From Macrostomum lignano (lineage: Eukaryota), in assembly GCA_002269645.1 (NCBI GenBank), contig NIVC01002789.1, forward strand, positions 1-64,000: a DNA stretch of 64,000 bases, read 5' to 3'. Both the position numbers and the translations under genes were made by a program. How positions within the stretch are numbered: the first letter of the stretch is position 1; every line of letters begins with the position of its first letter. Below the pieces are notes generated by a model that was given only the letters and a program-made list of their open reading frames with translations, did no database searches and was not told the DNA's origin. Shown here piece by piece: positions 36,501-49,230 of this stretch.

Positions 36501-38320
36501 TCTTTAATGTTTGACATGGTAGTTCTTTTATGTTTGATATGGTGGCTCTTTTATGTTTGGCATGGTGGCTCTTTAATGTCTGACATGGTGGCTCAATAGT
36601 GTTCGACATGGTGGCTCTTTTATGTTTGACATGCTGGCTCTTTAATGTTTGACATGGTGGCTCTTTAATGTTTGGCATGGTGGCTCTTTAATGTTTGACA
36701 TGGTGGCTCTTTTATGTTTGACATGGAGTAATGTATATGCTTGACGTGGTGGTTCTTTTATGGTTGACATGGTGGCTCTTTTATGTTCGACATGGTGGCT
36801 CTTTTTTGTTTGGCATGGTGGCTCTTTAATGTTTGGCATGGTGGCTCTTTAATGTTTGACATGGTGGCTCTTTAATATTTGACATGGTGGCCCTTTTATG
36901 TTCGACATGGTGGCTCTTTAATGTTTGACATGGTGGCTCTTTACTTTTCGAAATGGTGGCTCTGTTTTATGTTTGACATGGTGGCTCTTTAATGTTTGAC
37001 ATGGTGGCTCTTTAATGTTCGACATGGTGGCTCTTTAATGTTTTTATTTGTGTCTGTTTTATGTTTGACATGTTGGCTCTTTAATGTTCGACATGGTGGC
37101 TCTTTAATGTTTGACATGGTAGTTCTTTTATGTTTGATATGGTGGCTCTTTTATGTTCGACATGGTGGCTCTTTAATGTTCGACATGGTGGCTTTTTAAG
37201 GTTTGAAATGGTGGCTCTTTTGTGTTTGACATTGTGTCTCTTTAATGTTTGACATGGTGGCTTTCTATGTTTGACATGGTAGCACTTTAATCTTCGACAT
37301 GGTGGCTCTTTAATTTTTGACATTGTGGCTCTTTAATGTTTGATATGGTGGTTCTTTTATGTTTGACATGGTGGCTCTTTAATGTTCGACATGGTGTCTG
37401 TTTTATGTTTGACATGGTGGCTCTTTAATGTTCGACATGGTGGCTCTTTAATGTTTGACATGGTAGTTCTATTATGTTTGATATGGTGGCTCTTTTATGT
37501 TCGACATGGTGGCTCTTTAATGTTCGACATGGTGGCTCTTTAAGGTTTGAAATGGTGGCTCTTTTGTGTTTGACATTGTGGCTCTTTAATTTTTGACATT
37601 GTGGCTCTTTAATGTTTGATATGGTGGCTCTTTTATGTTTGGCATGGTGGCTCTTTAATGTTTCGACATGATGGCTCTTTAATGTTCTTAATGGTGTCTG
37701 TTTTATGTTTGACATTGTGGCTCTTTAATGTTTGATATGGTGGCTCTTTTATGTTTGGCATGGTGGCTCTTTAATGTTTCGACATGGTGGCTCTTTAATG
37801 TTCTTAATAGTGTCTGTTTTATGTTTGACATGGTGGCTTTTTAATGTTCGACATGGTGGCTCTTTAATGTTCTTAATGGTAACTCTTTTTTGTTTGAAAT
37901 GGTGGCTCTTTTATGTTTGACATGGTGGCTCTTTAATGTTTTACATGGTGGCTCTTTAATGTTTGACATGGTGACTCTTTTATGTTCTACATGGTAGATC
38001 TTTTATGTTCGACATGGTGGCTCTTTAATGTTTGATAAGGTGGCTCTTTAATGTTCGACATGGTGTCTCTTTTAGGTTTGAAATGGTGGCTCTTTAATGT
38101 TTGACATGGTGGTTTTTTAATGTTCGACATGGTGGCTCTTTAATGTTCTTAATGGTGTCTGTTTTATGTTTGACATGGTGGCTCTTTAATGTTTCGACAT
38201 GGTGGCTCTTTAATGTTCGACATGGTGGCTCTTTAATGTTCTTAATGGTAACTCTTTTTTTGTTCGAAATGGTGGCTCTTTTATGTTTGACATGGTGGCT
38301 CTTGTATGTTTGACATTGCG
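33540..38320. repeat. 23 bp satellite array, ~4.8 kb
   Basis: gacatggtggctctttaatgttt with block duplications of variant units. Confidence 0.98.
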
Positions 38321-38944
38321 CTTCTTTTATGTTTAGCAGTTTTTTGTTTTTAAGGTGTTTTAATAAAAAAATCATTTTGCGCTACCAAGATTCGAACCCA
38401 GGTCGCTACATTAGCAGTCCAGTCTGTTCGCATCTAGGCTATCTTTTTTCAATTGGAGCACATGAATTGTGGCCCTTATAATTCAATTCTTACAGCAAGT
38501 CGGTTAGAGTAAAATTTTATGACATAATGAATTTCTCAGTCAGCCAGTATCAGTCTTAATTTAAGTTAGCAATATTGTTACGCAATTTTAATCAAGTCTT
38601 GTGTGCGTTTCTGTGGCACTGTTTTCACCTTGTTGTGATGCAATCTTTATCACAATTGAAATTCATCCAGTCAGTTTTTTCTCTAGCATTCTTACAATGC
38701 ATTTCAAGTCGAAAATTTTGCTTGACCTTTGCAAAAAAGCATGTTTTTCGAATATTTAATCCCTTTAAAATTGAGCAATTTCTTAGCCAAGATGCATGTA
38801 CCGTCCCAGGAAATTTTCTGATCGAATGGTGCAAGTTTGAAGAAAATCGGTTGAGCCATTCTTTCCGAAATCAATCGCATACCTACCCACATACAGACAA
38901 CTCATTTTTAGTATATAGGATTTACCCCTAAATAGAAAATATTC

Positions 38945-39190
38945 CCAAGACAGCAAGCATCCCCCCAGTAGCAAGCATCCCCTAATACTCCTAGCAAGCA
39001 TCCACCCAGATAGCAAGCATCTGCAGATAGCAAGCATCTGCAGATAGCAAGCATCTTGCAGATAGCAAGCATCTTGCAGATAGCAAGCATCTTGCAGATA
39101 GCAAGCATACCCCAAATAATGTAGAAGCATCCTTCCAGATAGCAAGCATCCTGCACATAGCAAGAATCCCTAAATAGCAAGCATCCCTGG
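38945..39190. repeat. cagatagcaagcatc minisatellite (same family as 33180-33540)
   Basis: Tandem copies visible. Confidence 0.9.
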
Positions 39191-39224
39191 ATAGAAATAA
39201 TCCTATACATGTAGCCAAGCTTAT

Positions 39225-40296
39225 CAAGCGCAGTAATCCTTGGCTATCGAGTGCAGTAATCCTTGGTTTATTAATAGCAATAATCCATGGCTTATCGAGT
39301 GCAGTAATTCTTGGTTTGCCAAGTGCAGTAAGTAATCCTTGGTTTATTAATAGCAATAATCCATGGCTTATGAGTGCAGTAATCCTTGGTTTATTAATAG
39401 CAATAATCCTTGGCTTATCGAGTGCAGTAATCCTTGGTTTATTAATAGCAATAATCCTTGGTTTATCGAGTGCAGTAATCCTTGGTTTATTAATAGCAAT
39501 AATCCTTGGTTTATCGAGTGCAGTAATCCTTGGTTTATTAATAGCAATAATCCTTGGCTTATCGAGTGCAGTAATCCTTGGTTTATTAATAGCAATAATC
39601 CATGGCTTATCGAGTGCAGTAATCCTTGGTTTGCCAAGAGCAATAGTCCTTGGCTTATCGAGTGCAGTAATCCTTGGTTTGCCAAGAGCAATAGTCCTTG
39701 GTTTATTGAGTGCAGTAATCCTTGGTTTATTAATAGCAATAGTCCTTGGTTTATTGAGTGCAGTAATCCTTGGTTTATTAATAGCAATAATCCTTGGCTT
39801 ATCGAGTGCAGTATTCCTTGGTTTGCCAAGAGCAATAATCCTTGGCTTATCGAGTGCAGTAATCCTTGGTTTATTAATAGCAATAATCCTTGGCTTATCG
39901 AGTGCAGTAATCCTTGGTTTATTAATAGCAATAATCCTTGGTTTATCGAGTGCAGTAATCCTTGGTTTATTAATAGCAATAATCCTTGGCTTATCGAGTG
40001 CAGTAATCCTTGGTTTATTAATAGCAATAATCCATGGCTTATCGAGTGCAGTAATCCTTGGTTTGCCAAGAGCAATAGTCCTTGGCTTATCGAGTGCAGT
40101 AATCCTTGGTTTGCCAAGAGCAATAGTCCTTGGTTTATTGAGTGCAGTAATCCTTGGTTTATTAATAGCAATAGTCCTTGGTTTATTGAGTGCAGTAATC
40201 CTTGGTTTATTAATAGCAATAATCCTTGGCTTATCGAGTGCAGTATTCCTTGGTTTGCCAAGAGCAATAATCCTTAGCTTATCGAGTGCAGTAATC
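39225..40296. repeat. 48 bp satellite (two ~24 bp subunits) with a 432 bp higher-order duplication
   Basis: atcgagtgcagtaatccttggtttattaatagcaataatccttggctt; the catgg variant recurs at 39601 and 40033. Confidence 0.96.
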
Positions 40297-41179
40297 TAAG
40301 TGTTTTTATTTAGTCCTTTAATAAAAGCTTTGAATAAAAAATTTTACACTACTACTTTTAAACTCCTTAGATTCGAATCCAGGTCGCTGCATTGGCAGTC
40401 TGGTCTGCTCAGCTCTAGGCTAGCTCTCATCGAAGTTATCAGTGAATTTGTACCACTTATATAATTCAACACTCACACCAAGTCAGGTAGAGTAAAAAGT
40501 CACGCGAAGCAGTTATGACATAATCAATTTCTTAGGCAAGTCAGTACCAGTGTCTATGAAAGCTAACAATATGGTTACGTAATATAAATTCAGTACTGCA
40601 CTATACTTTCACACTCAAAGCTGTGACGCAATTCAATTGAGTGTCAAATTCAGCCAGTACACAGACGATAAATAAAGTGTATTGTGATGCAATCTATTTC
40701 AGAATCAGAATTCAACCAGTCAGTTTTTTCTCTAGCATTTTTACAGTGCGTTTCAAGTCGAAATAGCTGCTTGACCTTTGCAAAAAAGCATGTTTTTCGA
40801 ATATTTAATCCCTTTAGCATCGAGCAATTTCTTAGCCACGATGCATGTACCGTCACGGAAAAATTTCTGATCGAATGGTGCAAGTTTGAAGAAAATCGGT
40901 TGAGCCATTTTTGCTAAAATCGATCACACACACACACACATACCGACAGACCATTTTTAGTATATGGAACTAGCCATTTAGCCCCCCTCCGGGTGGCTTC
41001 TTAGCAGTTTAGCTAAGCAGTTTTAGCTAATCTCTAAGCAGTTGTACACCAATTTTACTGAGACTAAAAAGTTCTAAAAAGTTACATTTCTTAATGTTTG
41101 AAACTTTGCAATGTCAATTCATTTATAGTTCTTTTATGATTATTCGTTATTTTCAAATCCTCACCAGATTAGTACTATT

Positions 41180-41790
41180 CTCCCACATTAGCCCTACACC
41201 CCGAGATTAGCCCCACTTCCCCCAGATTAGCACTACGCCCAGATTAGCACTGCGCCCAGATTAGCACTCAGCCTAGATTAGCACTCAGCCCAGATTAGCA
41301 CTCAGCCCAGATTAGCACTCAGCCTAGATTAGCACTATTCTCCCACATTAGCCCTACACCCCCAGATTAGCCCCACTTCCCCCAGATTAGCACTACACCC
41401 AGATTAGCACTCAGCCCAGATTAGCACTCAGCCCAGATTAGCACTCAGCCCAGATTAGCACTCAGCCCAGATTAGCACTCAGCCCAGATTAGCACTCAGC
41501 CCAGATTAGCACTCAGCCCAGATTAGCACTCAGCCCAGATTAGCACTCAGCCTAGATTAGCACTCAGCCCAGATTAGCATTCAGCCTAGATTAGCACCGC
41601 TCCACAGATTACCACCGCTTCCCAGATAGTTTCACCTTCCCAGATTAGCACTACTTCTCCAGATTTGCACCACTCCGCAAAAATTCGCACCGCTACTTCC
41701 TCCAAATTAGCCCCAATCCCCCAGATTACCCCCCCACTCCTTTATATTAGCCCCACTCCCTTAGATTAGCACCGCTCCCCAGATTAGCAC
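41180..41790. repeat. 17 bp minisatellite cccagattagcactcag
   Basis: Tandem copies, degenerate at both ends. Confidence 0.93.
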
Positions 41791-42739
41791 CACTCCCAAA
41801 CTGCTAAAAGGGGACTACTATTATCGCCTCAGAAGTTTAAAGTTAAACCCTCCCCAGAAATTGGCAGTTTCAACAACCACAACAACCTGAAATTATCCCT
41901 TCTAATTCTGCAAAATAGACTGCAGTCATACAACTCATTAGCACTCTACAACTTTTATTATTATTATTCATTTATCCCTCAGGGACCCAGAATTGTCCCT
42001 TCTGCAAGCTACAATTATTCACAGTTAGATATCCTCCTCAGAAGTCTGCCATTATTATCCTAGCAGTCTGCAGCTATCCCCTCGGCAGTTTGCAGCTTAT
42101 ACGCTCATAAGTCTCGAGAAACTAACCAACGTCAGCAGTTTGCAGTTTGTCCCCTTTTCAGTCTGCAATGATCCCTTCAACAATCTGCAGTTCCCCTCAG
42201 TAGTCTGCAGTCAATTCATTTGCAGTCAGCAAGTGTTTCCTTAATAATTCTCATTTATCCCTTCAGCAGTCTGCAGTTCTCTCAGCTGGCCCCTCAGTAT
42301 TCTCAGCAAACTGCAATGATCTTTTCAATGATTTAAAATTTTGCTCAGCATTTACGACGGCGCACTAATCAATTTTCGATACATATTGGCAGTCTTGCGC
42401 AACTCAGCATTTAGCAATACCTCAGCAGTTTAGCAGCATCGTCTACTGCAATGATGCTTTCAACAATGTATTAGCTCAGCATTTTATGGCTCACTGATCG
42501 ATTTTCGATACATATCGGCAATCTTTTGCACCACTCAGCATTTAGCAATACCTCAGCAGTTTAGCAGCATTGTCTGCAGTTAAGTAATTTAATCCCCTGC
42601 AGTTTAGTAATATCTACTTCTATAAACCTAGATAATAACAATTAATGGGATCTTAAGATTTTACAAATCAAATCAAATTTGCTTAGTGGCTTGTGCAAGT
42701 AGCAAAATAAATTATTGTAATTAATAAAAAAAATTAATT

Positions 42740-45430
42740 ACAATTAATCAAAAAATGTTCAAAATAGTCGAGGCAGAAGCTACTTATGAATGAATTTATT
42801 TAACTTTAATTATCCGCTAGGGAGGCGGACTCGAACCTTGGACCTTACGCCTAGCCTAAACCTAGTCCTAGTGCCTACACTGCGGCTATTCCGCCTACTG
42901 ATCGGAGGGCGCAAAAATCAGCGATATATGCTTCGGCACTGCAGTCAAATACATAGCAGTGATAGGCTGCTCAGTTCATTAAGCAGTTATGTGCAGGCAG
43001 AGCCAATGCAGAGTTGAGTGAAATCTATTAATAGCAATTGTCTATGCAGTCCGCCAGTCAGCCAGGGTCAGAATGTACACACGCAGCCACTGAGCATTAT
43101 TTTCCTCTCCCTTATTGCAGCCAGTATTGAGGCGTACACAGTGAACAGAGAAAAGTTGTGGCGCAATCTTAATTGGAATTGAAATTCAGTCAGTGAGATT
43201 TTGACCTTTTCTAGCCTCCCATTGAAAGCATTAAAAAAACTCGTTTTTCGAATATTTAACCAACTTCTCATTCGAATTTTTCAATGCAATTACACCCACA
43301 CAATCTCACAAGAATTTGCAATTAAATAAAGCAAGTTTGAAAAGTATCGGTTCAGGCATTCAGGCTGTGGACTGGAATACCGGTCAGACAGACAGATCTT
43401 AGAGATTTATTACAATTAATCAAAAAATGTTCAAAATAGTCGAGGCAGAAGCTACTAATGAATGAATTTATTTAATTTTAATTAGCCGCTGGGGAGGCGG
43501 ACTCGAACCTTGGACCTTACGCCTAGCCTAAACCTAGTCCTAGTGCCTACACTGCGGCTATTCCGCCTACTGATCGGAGGGCGCAAAAATCAGCCATATA
43601 TGCTTCGACACTGCAGTCAAATACATAGCAGTGATAGGCTGCTCAGTGTGCACAGGTTGTGCAGGCAGAGCCAATGCAGAGTTGAGTGAAATCTATTAAT
43701 AGCAATTGTCTATGCAGTCCGCCAGTCAGCCAGGGTCAGAATGTACACACGCAGCCACTGAGCATTATTTTCCTCTCCCTTATTGCAGCCAGTATTGAGG
43801 CGTACACAGTGAACAGAGAAAAGTTGTGGCGCAATCTTAATTGGAATTGAAATTCAGTTAGTGAGATTTTGACCTTTTCTAGCCTCCCATCGAAAGCATA
43901 GGGAAAACTCGTTTTTCGATTATTTAACCATCTTCCCATTCGAATTTTTTAAATGCAATTACACCCACACAATCTCACAAGAATTTGCAATTGAGTGAAG
44001 CAAGTTTGAAAAAAATCGGTTCAGGCATTCAGGCTGTGGACTGGAATACCGGTCAGACAGACAGACAGACAGATCTTAGAGATGGTCAAAAAATCCTTAT
44101 ACTATTGAAAAAGTTCACCAACTCCAGCAGTTCGAAGTTAACCTTTCTCAGCCTCCCCCCAGAAATCGGCAGTTATCCCCACAACAACCTGAAATTAGCT
44201 ATCCCTTTTATTCCCGCAAAACAGACTGCAGTAATACTCTTAGCAGCAGTTATCCACTTTGCCGTCTAAAACTTTTATTAACATCAGCAAACTACAATAA
44301 TTCACTCAGCAGTCCGCAGTTATCCACTCAACAACTTGCACTTAATACTTCACCGTTATTATCCACTTAAGACTCTCTAAATAGTTATCCCCTCAGCAGT
44401 TTGCAGCTATACACTCATAAGTCTGGAGGAACTACCTCAGCAATCAGCATCAGTATCAGCATCAGTATCAGCATCAGTATCCTCAGCAAACTGCAATGAT
44501 CCTTTCAACAATGTAGAAATTAGCTCAGCATTGTATGGCTTACTAATCGATTTTCGATACATATCGGCAATCTTTTGCACCACTCAGCATTTAGCAATAC
44601 CTCAGCAGTTTAGCAGCATTGTCTGCAGTTAAGTAATTTAATTAATACTTCCATAGACCTAGATAATAACAATGGGATCTTAGGATTTTACAAATCAAAT
44701 CAAGTGGCTTGTGCGAGTAGCAATAATAAATTATTGTAATTAATAAAATTTTTTAATTACAATTAATCAAAAAATGTTCAAAATAGTCGAGGCAGAAGCT
44801 ACTAATGAATGAATTTATTTAATTTTAATTAGCCGCTGGGGAGGCGGACTCGAACCTTGGACCTTACGCCTAGCCTAAACCTAGTCCTAGTGCCTACACT
44901 GCGGCTATTCCGCCTACTGATCGGAGGGCGCAAAAATCAGCCATATATGCTTCGGCACTGCAGTCAAATACATAGCAGTGATAGGCTGCTCAGTGTGCAC
45001 AGGTTGTGCAGGCAGAGCCAATGCAGAGTTGAGTGAAATCTATTAATAGCAATTGTCTATGCAGTCCGCCAGTCAGCCAGGGTCAGAATGTACACACGCA
45101 GCCACTGAGCATTATTTTCCTCTCCCTTATTGCAGCCAGTATTGAGGCGTACACAGTGAACAGAGAAAAGTTGTGGCGCAATCTTAATTGGAATTGAAAT
45201 TCAGTTAGTGAGATTTTGACCTTTTCTAGCCTCCCATCGAAAGCATAGGGAAAACTCGTTTTTCGATTATTTAACCATCTTCCCATTCGAATTTTTTAAA
45301 TGCAATTACACCCACACAATCTCACAAGAATTTGCAATTGAGTGAAGCAAGTTTGAAAAAAATCGGTTCAGGCATTCAGGCTGTGGACTGGAATACCGGT
45401 CAGACAGACAGACAGACAGATCTTAGAGAT
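42740..45430 (-). repeat. Three near-identical ~670 bp units (42740-43407, 43408-44077, 44755-45430), each with a tRNA-like A/B-box segment and a (GACA)n end
   Basis: caaaatagtcgaggcag at 42760, 43432, 44779; minus strand tagccgcagtgtagg...ggttcgagtcc; the ~42420-42740 flank recurs at ~44480-44755. Confidence 0.92.
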
Positions 45431-46945
45431 TTAGTATATTGTGATTTGGCACAGTTTGTAAATGTCAATGTATGTCCTATTTGGCACACTTGACACAAAT
45501 AGCATTTTTACTGCTAATTGGCCAATGAAACCAATTGGCACACTTGGCACACTTGCTACAATTGTACCAGTTGTGCCATGGCTATGCCATTTGGCACGGA
45601 TTGTAAATGTCTCTGTATGTCAATTTTGGCACACTTGACTCAAATACTCGTAGTATTTTTACTGCTAATTGGTCAGAAAAACCAGATGGCACCCTTGGCA
45701 CACTTGCTACAATTGTACCAGGTGTGCCGTAGTGATGCCATTTGGCATGGATTGTAAATGTCTCTGTGTAGTCTTTATCGTCAAAATTAATAGCAGGGGT
45801 TCTCACGTTGAAGTGAGACGTCTACGTATATTAACAAACTGAATCCAGTAGAGCATTGTTTAACTCTTTGAAGTACAAGTAGGACTGAAGTACCAGTTCT
45901 TCCTTCTTTATTAACAAAATGTCTTTTGTAAGAGATTTCTCAGACCCAAGAAATGCATCGTTAAAATTGTATGTCACATATTGTTGCATGTAGATGTGAG
46001 TCGTATTGTACGTTTACATTTCTAAGAAGTAGGAACATTTTAAAATGGTTGTTATGCATAATATACGTAATATATATTTTAGCATATGTGTACTATATGT
46101 GTATATAGAGTTTGATCCTCTGTAATTTCAATATATGTTATCATCTCTCTGTTTTGTTTACAATGGTAATGTCAATGTCAATGAGTAAATAACATTTGTA
46201 TTAAAATTAAGTTGTACACAAATAGTACTTTATTTTTGAAACATGACTTAAGTCTTATTGTGTCATTAAGTCATTAGCTTTTTGTCAAATAGATAATCAT
46301 GATATTTTATCAGACTGCTGGCATATCAGACATGATACAACCATAAGGCATAAGGAATGTGAAAGGAATGCACTATATAAGGAGAATTACAATGCTAAAT
46401 AAATCTAAGTCACCTAAATCTTCTTTACTTGCATTTTGTGAGTAGCTATTCAAGATATATTAATAGAATTAATAAAAACAGTATGTATTCATTGAATATA
46501 TTGTAGCATATGTATAAACAAAAGTATAAACTTAAACTAGTTAGTTGCATTACTTTTTTAACTTGGCTAAATTTTAAAAGTGAGGTGTCCTTTTACTCAT
46601 AATGAAGCAATATCATATTTTATCAAAAGATATTGACTGTTTTCAACTTTCAAAATCTCATTGGAGTCCCTAATATGAAAGAAGTGTGCTATTTTAGAGA
46701 AAAAAGTTTAACACACAAGATAGATAACTACAATGCTGATTGAAGTATAAATTAAAAGTTGGCAATTTTTTATCCATTAAATGATGAGATGGTCAACTTT
46801 GATTTGTTCCCAATTAAATGCCTCATTATACATAAATTATTCCAGCATTAAATATACAGCATGAGTGACACAAAAGTGTGCTAACTGACACTGCCAATGG
46901 TGTGTTGCATTATTTAAATTAGATAAAGCCAACGAAGCTACCAGA

Positions 46946-48420
46946 GTGGCAGTCTTTGAACTTTGGAAGGCCCAGCAGCATCTGCTTTCTGCCAACAGCC
47001 ATTTTGAGGTTATCTGGCAAATGGGAAATGCCACATGGGAATTAGAGTCATCCCAAGTGGTCAATGCGGCAGCCTTGGAGGTAGATGCTGCCAAACACCG
47101 GTCAGAAACATTGGCCAAAGTAGCCAATGAAATGGCAGAGGCTTTAAAAGAGCACGAGACCAGACTGGCTGCTGTTGAATGTTGCTGCTAAGCCAGTAGT
47201 GTTGCAGCTAGTGCCATCAATGATGCATCAGCTGCTGCCAGTGCTGAGGCGGAGCCGCACAAGCCAAGCGGCGCCATCAATGACACACCAGCCACTGCCA
47301 GTGCCAAGGCAGAGCGGCGCAAGCCGAGTGTTGACATCACAATGCTCATAAGCTCAGCAGTTGGTGACATCAATGATTTCACCTACTACCCTACTTTGTA
47401 CGGCATTTTGTATAGTTCAAGAGTCTGTACACATGTGCTCAACCACTATGTCACTAACATTAAGACAGTACTTGTTCCAACCTGTCTGAAGGAACAATGT
47501 TTACTTTTTTGGCAAGATAGATACTGTAAGCTGTATAGTATCATTACTGCACAGTAGATAATGGGATGTGGCTTTACATGTTCCAATTTTGCAGTAAAGT
47601 CCACTGCAAACAAGTTTGTGCAGTGTTGCAAACTGCAGCACCTGGCTGCTCAGCAGCCAAAAGAACTTCCATTCAAACTGGCTGATGCACTAGAGACTCT
47701 CCAAAGCTACCAAATGGATGCGCGGTCAGCTAATGCAACAAGGAAGCGTGGTGGTGGCATCCGAAATGCCATAATGCAAGTGACTGACCACAGGCTTTGG
47801 GACTGTGCGCCGCGTCTACACCCGGTGCAGCTTGCACTGAGGATGCGGCATCAATAACTCTGATTTGGGCAGATGATTAGCAGGTTGTCATTGATTTGGC
47901 TGCATTTTCTTGACGAAATTAAGCAACATTTCGCGTGGTATCTTGAGCAACTTGTGAACCCAGCCATCACAATTGACAATATGCTGGCCGACGACAATGA
48001 CGAAGCACCTACTGGTATAGTAAGCTACTAATAGTCCTTCATTTATGATTGCACACATACCCTACTTACTCCAGTCCTTAAATAACAAACATATGCAGCC
48101 TACTGGTTTTGCCTTTACATCAAATGTCACCCAGACCGGGGCCATGGCCCAGGTATGGATGTACAAAAAATCGACAACTCCAACCAATCTCAATGCGCTG
48201 CTCCGCGAGATGGTGCGGGGTTGCTTTAGTGACGACAAGCTTTTGGTCATGTCATTGCTTGGATTGCTTGGTCGCACTTCTGAACCTAGATGGCCATGCC
48301 TGCCAGTAGATACGCGGCGTCTACAAGCAATCATCAATTACTTGGCCGGCCTTGACATCCGCAGGGATATGAAAACAGTCAAACAGGCATACCTCTGGTG
48401 CTCCATCACTGTCAGTTGAC
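46946..48420 (+). pseudogene. Decayed ORF with an N-terminal coiled-coil and a C-terminal BEN-like domain
   Basis: ORF pieces at 46946, 47342 and 47561 share one frame split by stops; probable intron ~48014-48074; LLREMVRGCFSDDKLLVMSLLG...PVDTRRLQAIINYL resembles the BEN consensus. Confidence 0.5.
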
Positions 48421-48439
48421 ATGAAAAGCGCTCTGGACA

Positions 48440-49230
48440 TTTGCCTATAAAGAAACAACATCAAGGAGCAGCTGCTGGTGCCACTGACACTATGCAAACA
48501 TTGGAGGCTACTGATGCATCTCGCAAGGCCTGAGTGCAGGAAGTCTGCTGTGACTTCTGTCTATTACTAAACTAAACTAGTTTATGATAAATGCGGGAGC
48601 CATCCAGCTTGGCATGTTGTTCCTCCACGCTTCTGTTTTTGTTTTACTATTACTATAGTTAGCTCCAGCCTCATAAATTAAAATAACACCAGGAATCAGA
48701 CTTGGCCTCTAACTAAAATAACTATAGTTTAAAAGTGGTAGGAATAGATTCCCTTGTAATTTTCGATTTGTCTGGTTGTTTGTTTTAATTGTTCTTTGTT
48801 CTATGTTGTTCTTTCAATTTTTGTTGCCTCTTTCTGCTGGCTTCCATTTATGGTTTTTTACATTTTGCAGCCTTCTCTTTTTCTGTTTTACACATGTTTT
48901 TTGTCCCGTTTACTACTTGTCTGTAAAGAAATGATGTCAAAGGAGCATCTACTGGTGTCAATGACACTGTGCAGCTGGGGGCTACTGATGTGCTTCATCT
49001 CGCAAGGCCTGATCTCGGGAAGTCTGCTGTGACTTCTGTCCAAGCTACTAAACTTGTTTATGACAAATACAGGAGCAATCTAGACTAGCATGTTTTTCCC
49101 CCACATTTTTTGTTTTTCACTGGAAATTTGCTCTTTCTTATATAGATTAACCAACTACATTAAACTATAGTTAGCTTCAGTCTCGTAAATTAGAGTAACA
49201 CCAAGAATCAGGCTTGTTCTGCCCTTATTG
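48440..49230. repeat. Diverged direct duplication (~48440-48800 vs ~48920-49230)
   Basis: Shared catctcgcaaggcctga...ggaagtctgctgtgacttctgtc and flanks. Confidence 0.75.

Larger units (their letters stand above)
30338..45444 (-). mobile_element. Array of non-autonomous Helitron-like elements, all on the minus strand, with internal minisatellites
   Basis: Hairpin+CTAG|T 3' ends at 30338-30365, 33042-33066 and 40970-41000. 5'-TC(C)TATATACTAAA-like starts at 38919, 40968 and possibly 45444. Shared body (gcaagtttgaa...aatcggtt.ag.catt...(GACA)n) at ~38640-38919, 40680-40968, 43150-43405, 43830-44077, 45170-45430. Confidence 0.75.

Noticed and set aside
20870-38320. Regular 23-25 bp repeats as CRISPR arrays
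   Set aside because: Head-to-tail units with no unique spacers, no cas genes, eukaryotic context
33149-39356. Cys/Leu/Gly-rich minus-strand ORFs (ACYLGVLAIW...)
   Set aside because: Frames of the cagatagcaagc minisatellite
39316-40299. 300+ aa repetitive ORFs on both strands
   Set aside because: Translation of the 48 bp satellite; no unique flanking coding sequence
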